Made by a program: the position numbers and the translations under genes
DNA from: Gemmatimonadales bacterium
GTDB taxonomy: Bacteria; Gemmatimonadota; Gemmatimonadetes; Gemmatimonadales; GWC2-71-9
Direction: 5' to 3'
Assembly: GCA_040877595.1 (NCBI GenBank)
Contig: JBBDNM010000037.1
Span: 59,277-123,276, forward strand
DNA length: 64,000 nucleotides
Part shown: one piece after another, positions 25,787 through 35,074 of the stretch
Layout: each line of letters opens with the position of its first letter
Position numbering within the stretch: the stretch's first letter is position 1
Notes under the pieces: generated by a model
What the model saw: the letters and a program-made list of their open reading frames with translations, nothing else
Told to the model about the DNA's origin: nothing
The model's database searches: none

Positions 25787-27495
25787 GCGGCAGTCTCCTT
25801 CACCACTTCTTCGAGCGTCGTCACACCCTTTTTCACCTTGACCATCCCGTCCATGCGCAAGGTCAACATGCCCTCGTCAATGGCCTGCTGCTGCAGTTCT
25901 GCGGTGGAAGCGCCGCGCAGGATCATGCGGCGCAACTCAGGCGACAAGGACATCACTTCGTAGATCCCGGCGCGCCCCTTGTAGCCCGACCCATTACACG
26001 AATCGCAACCCGTCCCCTTGGAGAAGGTAATCTCCTTGGCCGTTTCGGGCGTGATGCCCGCCGCGTCCAGCTCTTCCGGCGAGTACGTCGTCTCGGCCTT
26101 GCAGTCCTTGCAGATGCGCCGCAACAATCGCTGCGCCACGATGATGTTCACGGCACTCGACACGTTGAAGGGCTCGATGCCCATGTCAATCATGCGAGTG
26201 ATGGTGGACGCGGAGTCGTTGGTGTGCAGCGTGGAGAGCACCAAATGGCCGGTGAGCGCCGCCTTGATGGCGATGCCGCCCGTTTCAATGTCGCGGATCT
26301 CGCCGACCATGATGATGTTCGGGTCCTGGCGCAGGAACGCCTTCAGCGCCGCCGCGAACGTCATGCCAATTTCGTTCCGCACCAGCACCTGGTTGATCCC
26401 ATGGATGTTGTACTCCACGGGGTCTTCGGCCGTCATGATGTTCACTTCGATCGTGTTCACGCGCGACAGGGCGGAGTAGAGCGTCGTCGTCTTGCCAGAT
26501 CCGGTCGGACCCGTGACGAGCACCATCCCGTACGGATTCAGGATGCCCTTGTACAGGTCCTTCTCGGCCTTGGGCTCGAAGCCAAACTTCTGGAGATCGA
26601 GCGTCAGGTTCCCCTTGTCGAGAATCCGGAGCACGATCTTCTCGCCGAAGATCACGGGACAAACGGACACGCGAAAATCAATGACCCGCTTGCCCATCTT
26701 GAGCTTGATGCGTCCGTCCTGGGGCACCCGCCGCTCGGCGATGTTCAGGTTGGACATGATCTTCATGCGACTGGTGAGTGCCGCCTTGAGCTTGAGGGGC
26801 GGCTTCATGATCTCGCCGAGCGCCCCGTCAATGCGGTAGCGCACGCGGATCTCGTGCTCGAAGGGCTCGATGTGGATGTCGCTGGCGCCCCGCTTGACCG
26901 CGTCCGTCAGGATGCCGTTGATCAGCTTGACGACGGGCGCGTCGTCCGCGACCTGCATCGGGGTCTGCTCTTCCTCTTCCTCCTCCACCACTTCGATGTC
27001 TTCGTCGCCCTCGCTCTCGATGTCCTTGAGCAGGTTCTGGAGCTGGGCGTCGGTTTGTTCGTAATAGCGCTCGATCGCGGTCTTGAGCGTGTACTCGCCG
27101 GCAATCACCGGAAAGATGTCGTACCGCGTGATGAACTTGAGGTCGTCCACCACGCCCACGTTGGTGGGATCGGCCATGGCGACCGTGAGCGTGCGGCCGT
27201 CGCGCTTGAGCGGCAGCACCATGTGCTTCACCGCCACGTCGGCCGGAATCAACTTCACGATCTTGGGGTCCACCTCGAAGCGCGACAGGTCCACCGCCGG
27301 CATGCGGTACTGCCGGGCGAGCATCTTGGTGATTTCGGTTTCCTGGATGAACCCGAGCTTGACAAGGCTGTAGCCGAGGCGGGCGCCCGTGTTTTTCTGC
27401 TCGGTAAGGGCCTGGTCGAGTTGTTCCTTGGAGATCAACCCCTCACGGACGAGGAGATCGCCCAGCCGGACCGTGTTGGCCTGTGGGGTTGCCAT
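25783..27495 (-). CDS. pilB: Type IV pilus extension ATPase PilB with N-terminal MshEN-type domain
   Basis: Start re-set to ATG 27493-27495 (MATPQANTVRLGDLLV...). Walker A 'GPTGSGKTTT', 'TAEDPVEY', 'FLRQDPNIIMVGEIRD'. Tetracysteine 'CKDCK...CDSCNGSGYKGR'. ATGA-type overlap with pilT (25783-25786). Confidence 0.9.
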   Translation of the reverse strand: MATPQANTVRLGDLLVREGLISKEQLDQALTEQKNTGARLGYSLVKLGFIQETEITKMLARQYRMPAVDLSRFEVDPKIVKLIPADVAVKHMVLPLKRDGRTLTVAMADPTNVGVVDDLKFITRYDIFPVIAGEYTLKTAIERYYEQTDAQLQNLLKDIESEGDEDIEVVEEEEEEQTPMQVADDAPVVKLINGILTDAVKRGASDIHIEPFEHEIRVRYRIDGALGEIMKPPLKLKAALTSRMKIMSNLNIAERRVPQDGRIKLKMGKRVIDFRVSVCPVIFGEKIVLRILDKGNLTLDLQKFGFEPKAEKDLYKGILNPYGMVLVTGPTGSGKTTTLYSALSRVNTIEVNIMTAEDPVEYNIHGINQVLVRNEIGMTFAAALKAFLRQDPNIIMVGEIRDIETGGIAIKAALTGHLVLSTLHTNDSASTITRMIDMGIEPFNVSSAVNIIVAQRLLRRICKDCKAETTYSPEELDAAGITPETAKEITFSKGTGCDSCNGSGYKGRAGIYEVMSLSPELRRMILRGASTAELQQQAIDEGMLTLRMDGMVKVKKGVTTLEEVVKETAA

Positions 27496-27526
27496 TCGGC
27501 AAAACGTACGGCTGGGCCAAGCCCTG

Positions 27527-27961
27527 TCAAGGCAGGAGGATACGGTCTCGCAGGCGGGCGACGAGCGCCGGCCCGATTCCCGGTACGCGGTCGAGGTCCG
27601 CCGGCGTCCGATAGGGTCCGTTGGCCTCCCGATCGGCCACGATGGCGCCGGCCAAGGCCGGCCCGATCCCGGGCAGCCGATCGAGCTCGGCCGCCGAGGC
27701 ACGATTGACCGCTATGCGCTCCCCCGCCCCCAAGGGCTGAGCCAGCCGGGCACTGGCCGCCGCGACCGTATCCCGCCCCGGGCGCGCGGCTGGTGACGTG
27801 GACCACACGGCCCCGGGCGCCTCGGTTGCGGGGCGACAGCCGCGCACCGCGGCACCCGTGAGCGCGAGTCCCATGAGAATGGACGCAGCGCGCACTTCAG
27901 GACCCCAACGCATGCCGGAATGCATACGGTCCGGAGCAGGCCCGGGCCGCATCCAAATCAC
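27527..27961 (-). CDS. comEA: ComEA-family helix-hairpin-helix DNA-binding protein
   Basis: C-terminal 'IAVNRASAAELDRLPGIGPALAGAIVADREANGPYRTPADLDRVPGIGPALVARL' is the duplicated HhH motif of ComEA. Hydrophobic N-terminal anchor. The start is ambiguous (GTG 27961, ATG 27952 or ATG 27913). Confidence 0.75.
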   Translation of the reverse strand: MIWMRPGPAPDRMHSGMRWGPEVRAASILMGLALTGAAVRGCRPATEAPGAVWSTSPAARPGRDTVAAASARLAQPLGAGERIAVNRASAAELDRLPGIGPALAGAIVADREANGPYRTPADLDRVPGIGPALVARLRDRILLP

Positions 27962-27977
27962 GCACGTAGGGGTCTTT

Positions 27978-28880
27978 CTATTGCACGAGCGTCACGGCCA
28001 AGTCGCCCACAATCTGGAGACTCGCCGCACTCACTTTGTCGAGCGTGTCCTGATGCGTGTGCCAGTAACTGTTGGACGGGCCATACGAAAAGTCGATCAC
28101 GGCAATAGCGCGAAGGCCGGCATCGAGCAACGGGATGTGGTCATCCACGATCCCGAGCCCCACCTGTGACCGAAACACGCGACCGTACCCCAGGTCCTCG
28201 GCCACGCGCCAGACTCGCTCCACCACCTCCGGCGCGCGATGCACCGAGTATGCCTCTTGCCGGATCTCGAGATCGGCATCACCCACCATATCCCAGACGA
28301 CAGCGTACAACGGCTGATACCCCGCCGGCAGGTTGGCCGCAAAATACTGGGAGCCGATCAACACATCCTGTCGCTCGGCATCCGACCAGTCGCCGTAGTC
28401 CTCACCATCCACGAACAACAGGTCCACGCCCACGGACGGCGGCGTCGCCGCCAGCACCCGCGCCACGCCCAGCAGGATCGCGACACCCGATCCGCCATCA
28501 TTGGCCCCGGCAATCGGACGGGTCCGCGCGCCAAGATTGTCCTCGTTGTCCGCCAAGGGTCGCGTATCCCAGTGGGCGATGTAGAGCACGCGGTCCGTCG
28601 CATCCGGCCGGAACCGACCAATGAGGTTGCGGAGCGCCAGCGTGTCACCACCGCGGGTCACGTGGTTCCAGGCCTGCACATGGACGGAATCCACGGTCGC
28701 CCTCAGTCGCTCCAGAATCCAGTCACCGGCCTGGCGGTGCCCGTCGGTATTCGGCACGCGCGGGCCAAACGCCACCTGTGTCTCGACATCGGCCCGCGCC
28801 GCAGCCCCGTCAAACGGGGTACGCGGCCCGCCATTGGCGCAGGCCAGCACCGTCATGATCAGAACCAGGCGTCGCATCAT
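27978..28880 (-). CDS. M28-fold lipoprotein, glutaminyl-peptide cyclotransferase (type II QC)-like
   Basis: Lipobox 'LIMTVLAC'. 'YIAHWDTRP', 'GANDGGSGVAILL' and 'LFVDGEDYG'. 'VDDHIPLLDAGLRAIAVIDF....YWHTHQDT' closely parallels the animal/Porphyromonas QC block 'DDHIPFL..GVP.L.LI......WHT..D'. The start overlaps the sprA-like stop (28877-28880). Confidence 0.7.
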   Translation of the reverse strand: MMRRLVLIMTVLACANGGPRTPFDGAAARADVETQVAFGPRVPNTDGHRQAGDWILERLRATVDSVHVQAWNHVTRGGDTLALRNLIGRFRPDATDRVLYIAHWDTRPLADNEDNLGARTRPIAGANDGGSGVAILLGVARVLAATPPSVGVDLLFVDGEDYGDWSDAERQDVLIGSQYFAANLPAGYQPLYAVVWDMVGDADLEIRQEAYSVHRAPEVVERVWRVAEDLGYGRVFRSQVGLGIVDDHIPLLDAGLRAIAVIDFSYGPSNSYWHTHQDTLDKVSAASLQIVGDLAVTLVQ

Positions 28881-31800
28881 TGCAGTTGTCCCGTGTCAAA
28901 GAAGATATCGGCAAAGACGGTGAGCGATACACGCCGCGTCCGGCTGGACAGGTGCCGCGCCTCATCACGCGTGTAATTCAAGCTCAAGCCGCCCCGGACG
29001 GTCAGCGAGAACCCCGTCTCCATGCGAAGGTCCAAAGACCGGCGCCGGTGCTGCGACACTTCCGTGCACTCGCTGGTGTCCGCGCGCAACAGGCAGATGA
29101 CCGTTTCCGCCGCGCCGTAGTTCACGGTGGTCTGGATCTCGTTCTCGAGCCGAACCACGCTGGGAGGCGGGCGAAACCGGAAGTTCATCGTGGCATTCCA
29201 GTCGTTCGTCTCCGTGGTCGTGACGTTCCCGGACGTAATCGCATCCGTCACCACGTGGTTGTACCGGCCGGTCGCCACGATGCCGCGCGGCAACGTCAGC
29301 GACATGTTGGGCGTGAGCTGGGTGGTCTGCGTTTCCGTTTGCGCATCTCCCCCAATACCCGTCGCCGAGGGCTGGATGGTGAGCGCCTCGGTCTCCCGGT
29401 AGATCAGCCCGGCCGACAGGTTCGCGACCAGTCGGCGCAACGCCCACCGAGGGGTGTAGACCCAATTGACCGTCGCACTCGGCCAGTCGCGGGACCGCTG
29501 TTCCACCACGGATTGCTCGTCCGTCCCAAAACGCCGCGACCAGACCTGGCCCACCTGCGACCGATACGTTCCCCGCACGATGAGCCCCACCGGGAGCCGC
29601 GTACCGCCCGTCAACACGTGTGTTTCTGTCTCGGACGCCGATGTGGCGGGGACGCCATCCTGGAACCGGAAGTCCTCCGTACCGCCGAGCGCGAACTGGA
29701 AACTCAGCGGTGCACTGAAGGGGGGGCGATCAAACGTCCCGCGCACATCCTGCGAGATCGTGCCATCAAACGGCAACAAGTACGCGAAGAGCCGGCCGAC
29801 GCGACTGGTGCCGGTCAGGTTGCGTATCAATCGCGCCGGATCCACCGTCGCGCCCGCCTCCCGCTGCCGGGTCGCCGTGATCGTTTCCGGCAGCCGGAAC
29901 GCTCCGGCGCTATCCCCATCCACGCGCACCACCTGTCGCCCGTTGGGGTCCCGAATCATGGTGAACGCGCTCGTGATGGTGAACCGCGGCCGGAACCACG
30001 CGCTGACGGTGGGCGTCAGCGTGAACCCGGTGTTGAGGGTGCGGAGCTGCTCATAGCCCACGTCCCGGCCAAGCAAGGACCGACGCTCGCGACTGATGAG
30101 TCGACCAACGGTCGTCGTGTCGCCCAGTTCCCGCAGGTCCCGCGTGGAGGACCAGTCCAGACGGAACCCCAGTCCATTGTAGGGCCGCAGGTCGGCGCCG
30201 GCCTCGGTCCGCAAGGCATGGATCTGGCTGGTGAGCGGCGTGAGCGCGGCGTCGGAGGCCAGACGCACCGGCGCCCGATAGGAGAGGCGTGCGGTCCGGT
30301 TGTCCGTGATGGTCGCCGCCCCGCGCACCTGGAACGGGTTCACCCGCAGCCGGGACGAACTGATTCCACGTCCGAACTCGCTGCGGGAGATGAACCGAGG
30401 GAGCGCGTCTACCAGCCCGCGCAGAAACCCGGGCGCCCCCGCCGTCGTCGCCGCACCGGGAGTAATCCGGTACTCCAGTCGTCCGGTCCGGTTGGTGTTG
30501 CGCGTCTCCGCCAGCTGGAGCACGCTGGTGGCGGACGACAGTCCGACTGTCACGTTCCACGGATCGAAGAGCAACCGCTCAAGCCCCGTCGTACCACGCA
30601 CTGTCCGCCGCGCCGAGGCCTGCAACGCCGTGGACTGCGAGTTGGGACGGCGCAACCCGACCAGGGCATCCCCCCGCAAGTCGCTCCGGTCGAGATAGAA
30701 CGGGTCCTGCCCGGTGCGCAGGTGTTGCACACTGATCGGGATATTCATCCCGAGGCCGGCGGGCAACAGCTTGTCCGCGCGCAGGGTGCTCCCGAAGCGC
30801 ATGGACGCGTCGGTCACGAACGACGGGTCCTGTCCGATCTGCTGGAAGTTCGCATCGCGAGACTGATAGCCGAACGAGAGATCGCCGACGTCCGCCGCCG
30901 TGAGCCGGACGTCCACGGCACCGGCAACACCCATGTCGTCCACCACGTCGCTCAAGCGAATGTCGTCCACCCACACCTCGGCCTGCTCAATGAACACCGA
31001 CTGCCCGACGCGATACATGCCCACGGCCATCTCGCTGACGCGCGCCAGGTTCGGCGGCGCAACCCCGGGGTCGCGCACCTGAACCAGGTGGCCGCCGTCG
31101 CAGGCCACGTAGGCGCTCGGATCGCCGGCACCGCACTCAGCCGCCCCGCCCGGCGCCTCGCCTCGCAGCCAGCGACCCTCAATCTCGGCTCGCAGGAACA
31201 ACCAGCGCTCGAGGCTCACCACCACTTCGGGCTCCCAGCTCACGGTGCGCGCGGCGGCGCGATAGAGATAGAAATTGTCCTCGTCCCGTCCCACCTTGAT
31301 GAAGAACTGCAGGTCGCCGTCCTCCCAGCCGGGACCGCGCCCGCGGGCCCACGCGCGCAGGGTGCGATATCGCAGGAAGTTCTTGCCAGCTTCATCCGGA
31401 AACTGCAGGAACGCCTCCGCGCGCTCACCGACGCGCAGGTCCCGCGCGAGCAGGCGCAGGGAGGTCTCGTTGACTTGGCGGACGCCGATGTCGAATGCCG
31501 CGCCGCGCTGGTTGGCCTGATCCAGCACGCCCGGTGGCGAGGTGTATCCCAGGTCACGATTCTCGGTGGTGACGACCGCAGCGATCACTTCACCATGCGG
31601 CTGGCTGACCGCGCCCCCCAACCCGGCGAGGGGCGTTGCCGCCCGCTTGAGCCACGGCGCGCCCACCAACCGCATACGCGCGAGGGCGACGAACATCTCC
31701 TCATTCGCGCCACCCTGATCGGGAACGACCATCGTGAGGCGCAGGGCCCGGACTTGCCGGATGTTGGGCGTGCCGATCTGCAGTGTGTCCTCGCGGAATG

Positions 31801-34800
31801 GCATCCGGTACAGACGCCAGACCAGTTGGCGGCCACGGTCCTCCAACGACCCACCGGTACGAACGAAGTGGCGATCGTCGCCCACCGGGAACACGTAGCG
31901 AAACACGTCCTCGTTGCCGGCGCCGACACTGATGTCCAGCCGATTGTCGCCATTCAAGTCTTCGGCGTCGAGGAACCCATTCCCGCGCGTGCAGTTGGCG
32001 GCCAGGTCGCCCAGCGGAAACGCTGTGAGCCCGAATCCTTCCACGCTGCAGGTGGGGTGGTTCTCGAGGATGTCGCCTGTGGCCGTGTTGAACAGGAACG
32101 GCAGGCGGTCGCCGTGAATGCCGTGATCGTTGAGGCCCGCGTTGAACACGCCGGTGAGGGAATCGCGTTCCGAGTCAAGCTGGCCGACGCCAATGAACTG
32201 GAGACCCGTGAATACGGTGTCGGTCCCCGTGACGGTGAACGCATTCGGTCCAAACGCCACGGCATCTTCAAGCACCGTGCCAAAATCGAACACGAGGATC
32301 GCCTGGTTGCGCTGGGCCAGGCGATCCGCGTCCTCAAGCACCCAGAACTCGATGAACTCCGTGCGTGACAGATCAATGCCGAGTCCCTGGTTGTCGAACG
32401 GCTGGTTGAGGCTGCGCCACCGCGGACCGGTGGTGTGGGATCGGATCCACCGCGGCTGGCCCGAAACAGGATTCGGCGCGCCGCCGACCGTGTCCGGCTT
32501 GAGGGAAAGCCAGAGGACCGTTTCGGTTTCGCGTCCCGACCCCACGAGGAGGATGGTGGAGTCAATGTCGTTGGGCGTGAGCTGCAATGATGTCTCGCCT
32601 ACCTGAATGATGTTCTGCCAGACCAAGGGGACCGCGTCGATTGGCGAGAAGCCGCCAAAGGCGTCCAGGTGCGTGACGGGAAGTCCCCGTCCCGACGTCG
32701 GCGCACCACCCAGATGAAACGAACGCTCCCCGAGCCCCACTGGCCGGAAGGCCGTGTTCTCAAACTCTTCGAGCCATGCCTGCCCAACGCTGTTCGGATT
32801 TGGCCGAGAGACCGCGAGCTCACCATTCAGAGTGAGCGTGGACGGAACCGTGGTAGCGATGAACGGCAGCGCGTTGAGCGCGCGCGTTACGGCATCGGGC
32901 CGAAACAAGAGCTGAGTGCTGAGTCCGCCAACGAACGTGGCTTGCGGTTCGAAGCCGAGGGTGGGCCGCAGCAGCGGGCTGCTCTCGCGCTGCATCAAGC
33001 CGATCACGTTGATCGAGCCACGGGACCCCAGGTCGTAGCGTGTCGTCAGGCCCATGAGACTGGTCGGGGCAATGTCGAACGCCTGGTTCTCTTCGAACTG
33101 TGCCGTCACCTGGGTCACACCACTCTGGAACAACAGGTCCGGATTGAGAAAGCGCACCTGACCCGCGTCATAGTCAATCTCGTAGTCCTGCCCGCGCCGG
33201 AGCTCGTGCTCGCCAATCAGGATCTTCTCCGTACCCTCACGAATCTGGATCGCGCCGAGCGAGAGCAGGCTACGATCGCCTCCACTTCGTGCCTCGTAGT
33301 TGAGTCGCAGGCGGGCCCGGGCAGGCGGGCCTTGTGACCCCAGGAGGTACGTCGGCGTGCGGTACAGCGAGTCGTTGCGCTCGCCGGCCTGCAGCCTGGC
33401 GGTATCCGCAAACGGCACGAGGTGGGGAAAGACCACAAACAAGGCGCGGATCGGCAATCCGCCGTTGGGCTCCCGCTCACGCGGGAACACGCGATTGGCC
33501 TCATCCAGGAAGTTCTGGTTGTTGGCTTGCGCGAGGCCGAGGCGCTGGAGATAGGTCCCGCTGCCATCCAGCGGCTGCTCGGACTCGTTCACCGCGATCC
33601 GCAGTCCCAGTGTGCGGCGATCCAGGTCGGTCTGTGCCCCCACGCGATACGTGTTCCGCAGTTCGTGGTGGAAGGTCGGTGCGTCCGGTCCGCGCCGCGG
33701 TTCGTACAGAAGGAAGAGCGTATCCTGCCCCCGATTCACCGCCGGAAACGTGCCGACGGTGTCTCCGGAGGCGGTCACGTACGACACCGCGAGAAAGTCG
33801 CTGTCGCTCACGCGGGTTTGCAGCGCAAACCAGAGGCCCGAAGGGTCGAGATAGTAGTCGCGGCCTTCGAGCAGCAGTTCCCACGGAAACGGTCCCACGC
33901 GTTGCGGGGAGTCGTCGCGCACGGCGACTGCGTCAATGCCGCCGAGGTTGGGATTGATCCCGGACAGCGCTTGTGACCGCAGTCGGTAGACGCGCAGTTG
34001 CTCGGGACGGCGGTCGGTCGGCACCGTCTCCGGGGCCGGGCTCAGCAGGTCAATGGCCGGGTATCCGGGCAGCGTGCGCGGGTCCACCACGGAAAAGAAG
34101 CGACCCCGCTCGTAGTCCAGGTCGCGCAGTTCGCGTTCCACCGCCTCGCTGGTGGTCTCGCCCACGGTGTACACGCGAGTGCGGAGCTGCGACCCGCGCT
34201 GCTGCGCGACTATGGCGTTGAACTCGAACGCACCGAGCTGCGCCTGCGCCTGCATGCCGAAAGAGTTCTCCGGGATCGTGGCGGTGACGAACCGGAACGG
34301 CGGTGGGTTGAAGGTCACGTTACCGATGTCCACGCGCCGCAAAATCTCGTCCTCACGTCCCTGGTAGTAGACGTTGATGTTGTTGTTGGCGGAGAAATCG
34401 CGTTCCGTGTCGTAGTCCACGTTGATATGCAGCCGTTCGCCGACGATCCCGCCCACCCGCAGGTTGAACGTCTGGTCGAAGACCGGCGTGGGAAATCCGC
34501 CCTGGCAGCCCGGTACCAGCGCCGAGATGTCGGTCACCGTGCACCGTTCGTTGGTGAACTGGTCCATCCGCATGCTCAGGCTGGCGCCGAGCTGGAAATT
34601 GAGGTCGGCATACCGCCCGATCGCGTCGACCAGTTCACCGCCTTCCATGACCGGCGGCCCGGGCCGAATGGGTCCGAGTCCCGGCGGTGGCTCGAGCGGC
34701 GGAATGCCCAGGATGACCGGTTCCGTGGGCGGCGGGTACAAGGCGAGCATGAGCGCGTCGTGCTGGCGGGCCACCTGCTGGGTGGCGAGCCGTGCCCGGG

Positions 34801-35026
34801 CGGCACTGGCCCATCGTGCGGCCACCACCGTGGGCACGGTGCGAAGGCCGAGCCGCCCACCCGGGGCGAGCGCCGGGTGCTGCACGGTGCCGACGCTCGT
34901 GCGGTCGCCCACTTGCGCCACCAGCGCCGCTGGCCAGGCGCACAACGTCAGGGCGAGTCCGAAAGATCGCAGGTGGGCCCTCACGCGCAGGGGATGTCCA
35001 GCCTTGAGTCCGAGGGGGTCGGCCAA
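28877..35026 (-). CDS. sprA: Giant outer-membrane protein, SprA-like (T9SS translocon family)
   Basis: 2049-aa ORF. The N-terminal block 'VGERLHINVDYDTERDFSANNNINVYYQGREDEILRRVDIGNVTF...NSFGMQAQAQLGAFEFNAIVAQQRGS' matches my recollection of the conserved SprA block (VGERL..ANYDTE..FDF.N.I.L.Y.G.EDDII..IE.GNVS...SLFG.K..LQFGK...T.V.S.QKS). The rest is beta-strand-rich and aromatic-terminated. The ORF-track start is TTG 35026. GTG 34984 gives a cleaner signal peptide, M-RAHLRSFGLALTLCAWPAALVA/Q. Confidence 0.65.
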   Translation of the reverse strand: MADPLGLKAGHPLRVRAHLRSFGLALTLCAWPAALVAQVGDRTSVGTVQHPALAPGGRLGLRTVPTVVAARWASAARARLATQQVARQHDALMLALYPPPTEPVILGIPPLEPPPGLGPIRPGPPVMEGGELVDAIGRYADLNFQLGASLSMRMDQFTNERCTVTDISALVPGCQGGFPTPVFDQTFNLRVGGIVGERLHINVDYDTERDFSANNNINVYYQGREDEILRRVDIGNVTFNPPPFRFVTATIPENSFGMQAQAQLGAFEFNAIVAQQRGSQLRTRVYTVGETTSEAVERELRDLDYERGRFFSVVDPRTLPGYPAIDLLSPAPETVPTDRRPEQLRVYRLRSQALSGINPNLGGIDAVAVRDDSPQRVGPFPWELLLEGRDYYLDPSGLWFALQTRVSDSDFLAVSYVTASGDTVGTFPAVNRGQDTLFLLYEPRRGPDAPTFHHELRNTYRVGAQTDLDRRTLGLRIAVNESEQPLDGSGTYLQRLGLAQANNQNFLDEANRVFPREREPNGGLPIRALFVVFPHLVPFADTARLQAGERNDSLYRTPTYLLGSQGPPARARLRLNYEARSGGDRSLLSLGAIQIREGTEKILIGEHELRRGQDYEIDYDAGQVRFLNPDLLFQSGVTQVTAQFEENQAFDIAPTSLMGLTTRYDLGSRGSINVIGLMQRESSPLLRPTLGFEPQATFVGGLSTQLLFRPDAVTRALNALPFIATTVPSTLTLNGELAVSRPNPNSVGQAWLEEFENTAFRPVGLGERSFHLGGAPTSGRGLPVTHLDAFGGFSPIDAVPLVWQNIIQVGETSLQLTPNDIDSTILLVGSGRETETVLWLSLKPDTVGGAPNPVSGQPRWIRSHTTGPRWRSLNQPFDNQGLGIDLSRTEFIEFWVLEDADRLAQRNQAILVFDFGTVLEDAVAFGPNAFTVTGTDTVFTGLQFIGVGQLDSERDSLTGVFNAGLNDHGIHGDRLPFLFNTATGDILENHPTCSVEGFGLTAFPLGDLAANCTRGNGFLDAEDLNGDNRLDISVGAGNEDVFRYVFPVGDDRHFVRTGGSLEDRGRQLVWRLYRMPFREDTLQIGTPNIRQVRALRLTMVVPDQGGANEEMFVALARMRLVGAPWLKRAATPLAGLGGAVSQPHGEVIAAVVTTENRDLGYTSPPGVLDQANQRGAAFDIGVRQVNETSLRLLARDLRVGERAEAFLQFPDEAGKNFLRYRTLRAWARGRGPGWEDGDLQFFIKVGRDEDNFYLYRAAARTVSWEPEVVVSLERWLFLRAEIEGRWLRGEAPGGAAECGAGDPSAYVACDGGHLVQVRDPGVAPPNLARVSEMAVGMYRVGQSVFIEQAEVWVDDIRLSDVVDDMGVAGAVDVRLTAADVGDLSFGYQSRDANFQQIGQDPSFVTDASMRFGSTLRADKLLPAGLGMNIPISVQHLRTGQDPFYLDRSDLRGDALVGLRRPNSQSTALQASARRTVRGTTGLERLLFDPWNVTVGLSSATSVLQLAETRNTNRTGRLEYRITPGAATTAGAPGFLRGLVDALPRFISRSEFGRGISSSRLRVNPFQVRGAATITDNRTARLSYRAPVRLASDAALTPLTSQIHALRTEAGADLRPYNGLGFRLDWSSTRDLRELGDTTTVGRLISRERRSLLGRDVGYEQLRTLNTGFTLTPTVSAWFRPRFTITSAFTMIRDPNGRQVVRVDGDSAGAFRLPETITATRQREAGATVDPARLIRNLTGTSRVGRLFAYLLPFDGTISQDVRGTFDRPPFSAPLSFQFALGGTEDFRFQDGVPATSASETETHVLTGGTRLPVGLIVRGTYRSQVGQVWSRRFGTDEQSVVEQRSRDWPSATVNWVYTPRWALRRLVANLSAGLIYRETEALTIQPSATGIGGDAQTETQTTQLTPNMSLTLPRGIVATGRYNHVVTDAITSGNVTTTETNDWNATMNFRFRPPPSVVRLENEIQTTVNYGAAETVICLLRADTSECTEVSQHRRRSLDLRMETGFSLTVRGGLSLNYTRDEARHLSSRTRRVSLTVFADIFFDTGQLQ

Positions 35027-35074
35027 TATACTGGCCGTCGCAACTCGTTACAAGATGATAAGTTACGGGAACGC

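Noticed and set aside
28880-32368. Very long ORFs antisense to real genes. Examples: 28880..32368 + (1162 aa), 48227..50410 - (727 aa), 24638..25963 +, 26224..27708 +, 7461..8930 +, 35063..36484 -, 16708..17868 +, 21671..22843 -.
   Set aside because: Their translations are Arg/Gly/Pro/His-rich low-complexity strings with no motifs. Each lies opposite a gene with clear family signatures (sprA-like, acs, pilT, pilB, GT-C, lptF, GH109-like, radical SAM). Stop-poor antisense frames are expected at about 70% GC.
35027-35074. GGCCA-ATATAC-TGGCC dyad in the 48-nt sprA/lptF divergent region, as a possible operator.
   Set aside because: The arms are only 5 bp. If sprA starts at GTG 34984 the region is longer and the dyad is unremarkable.
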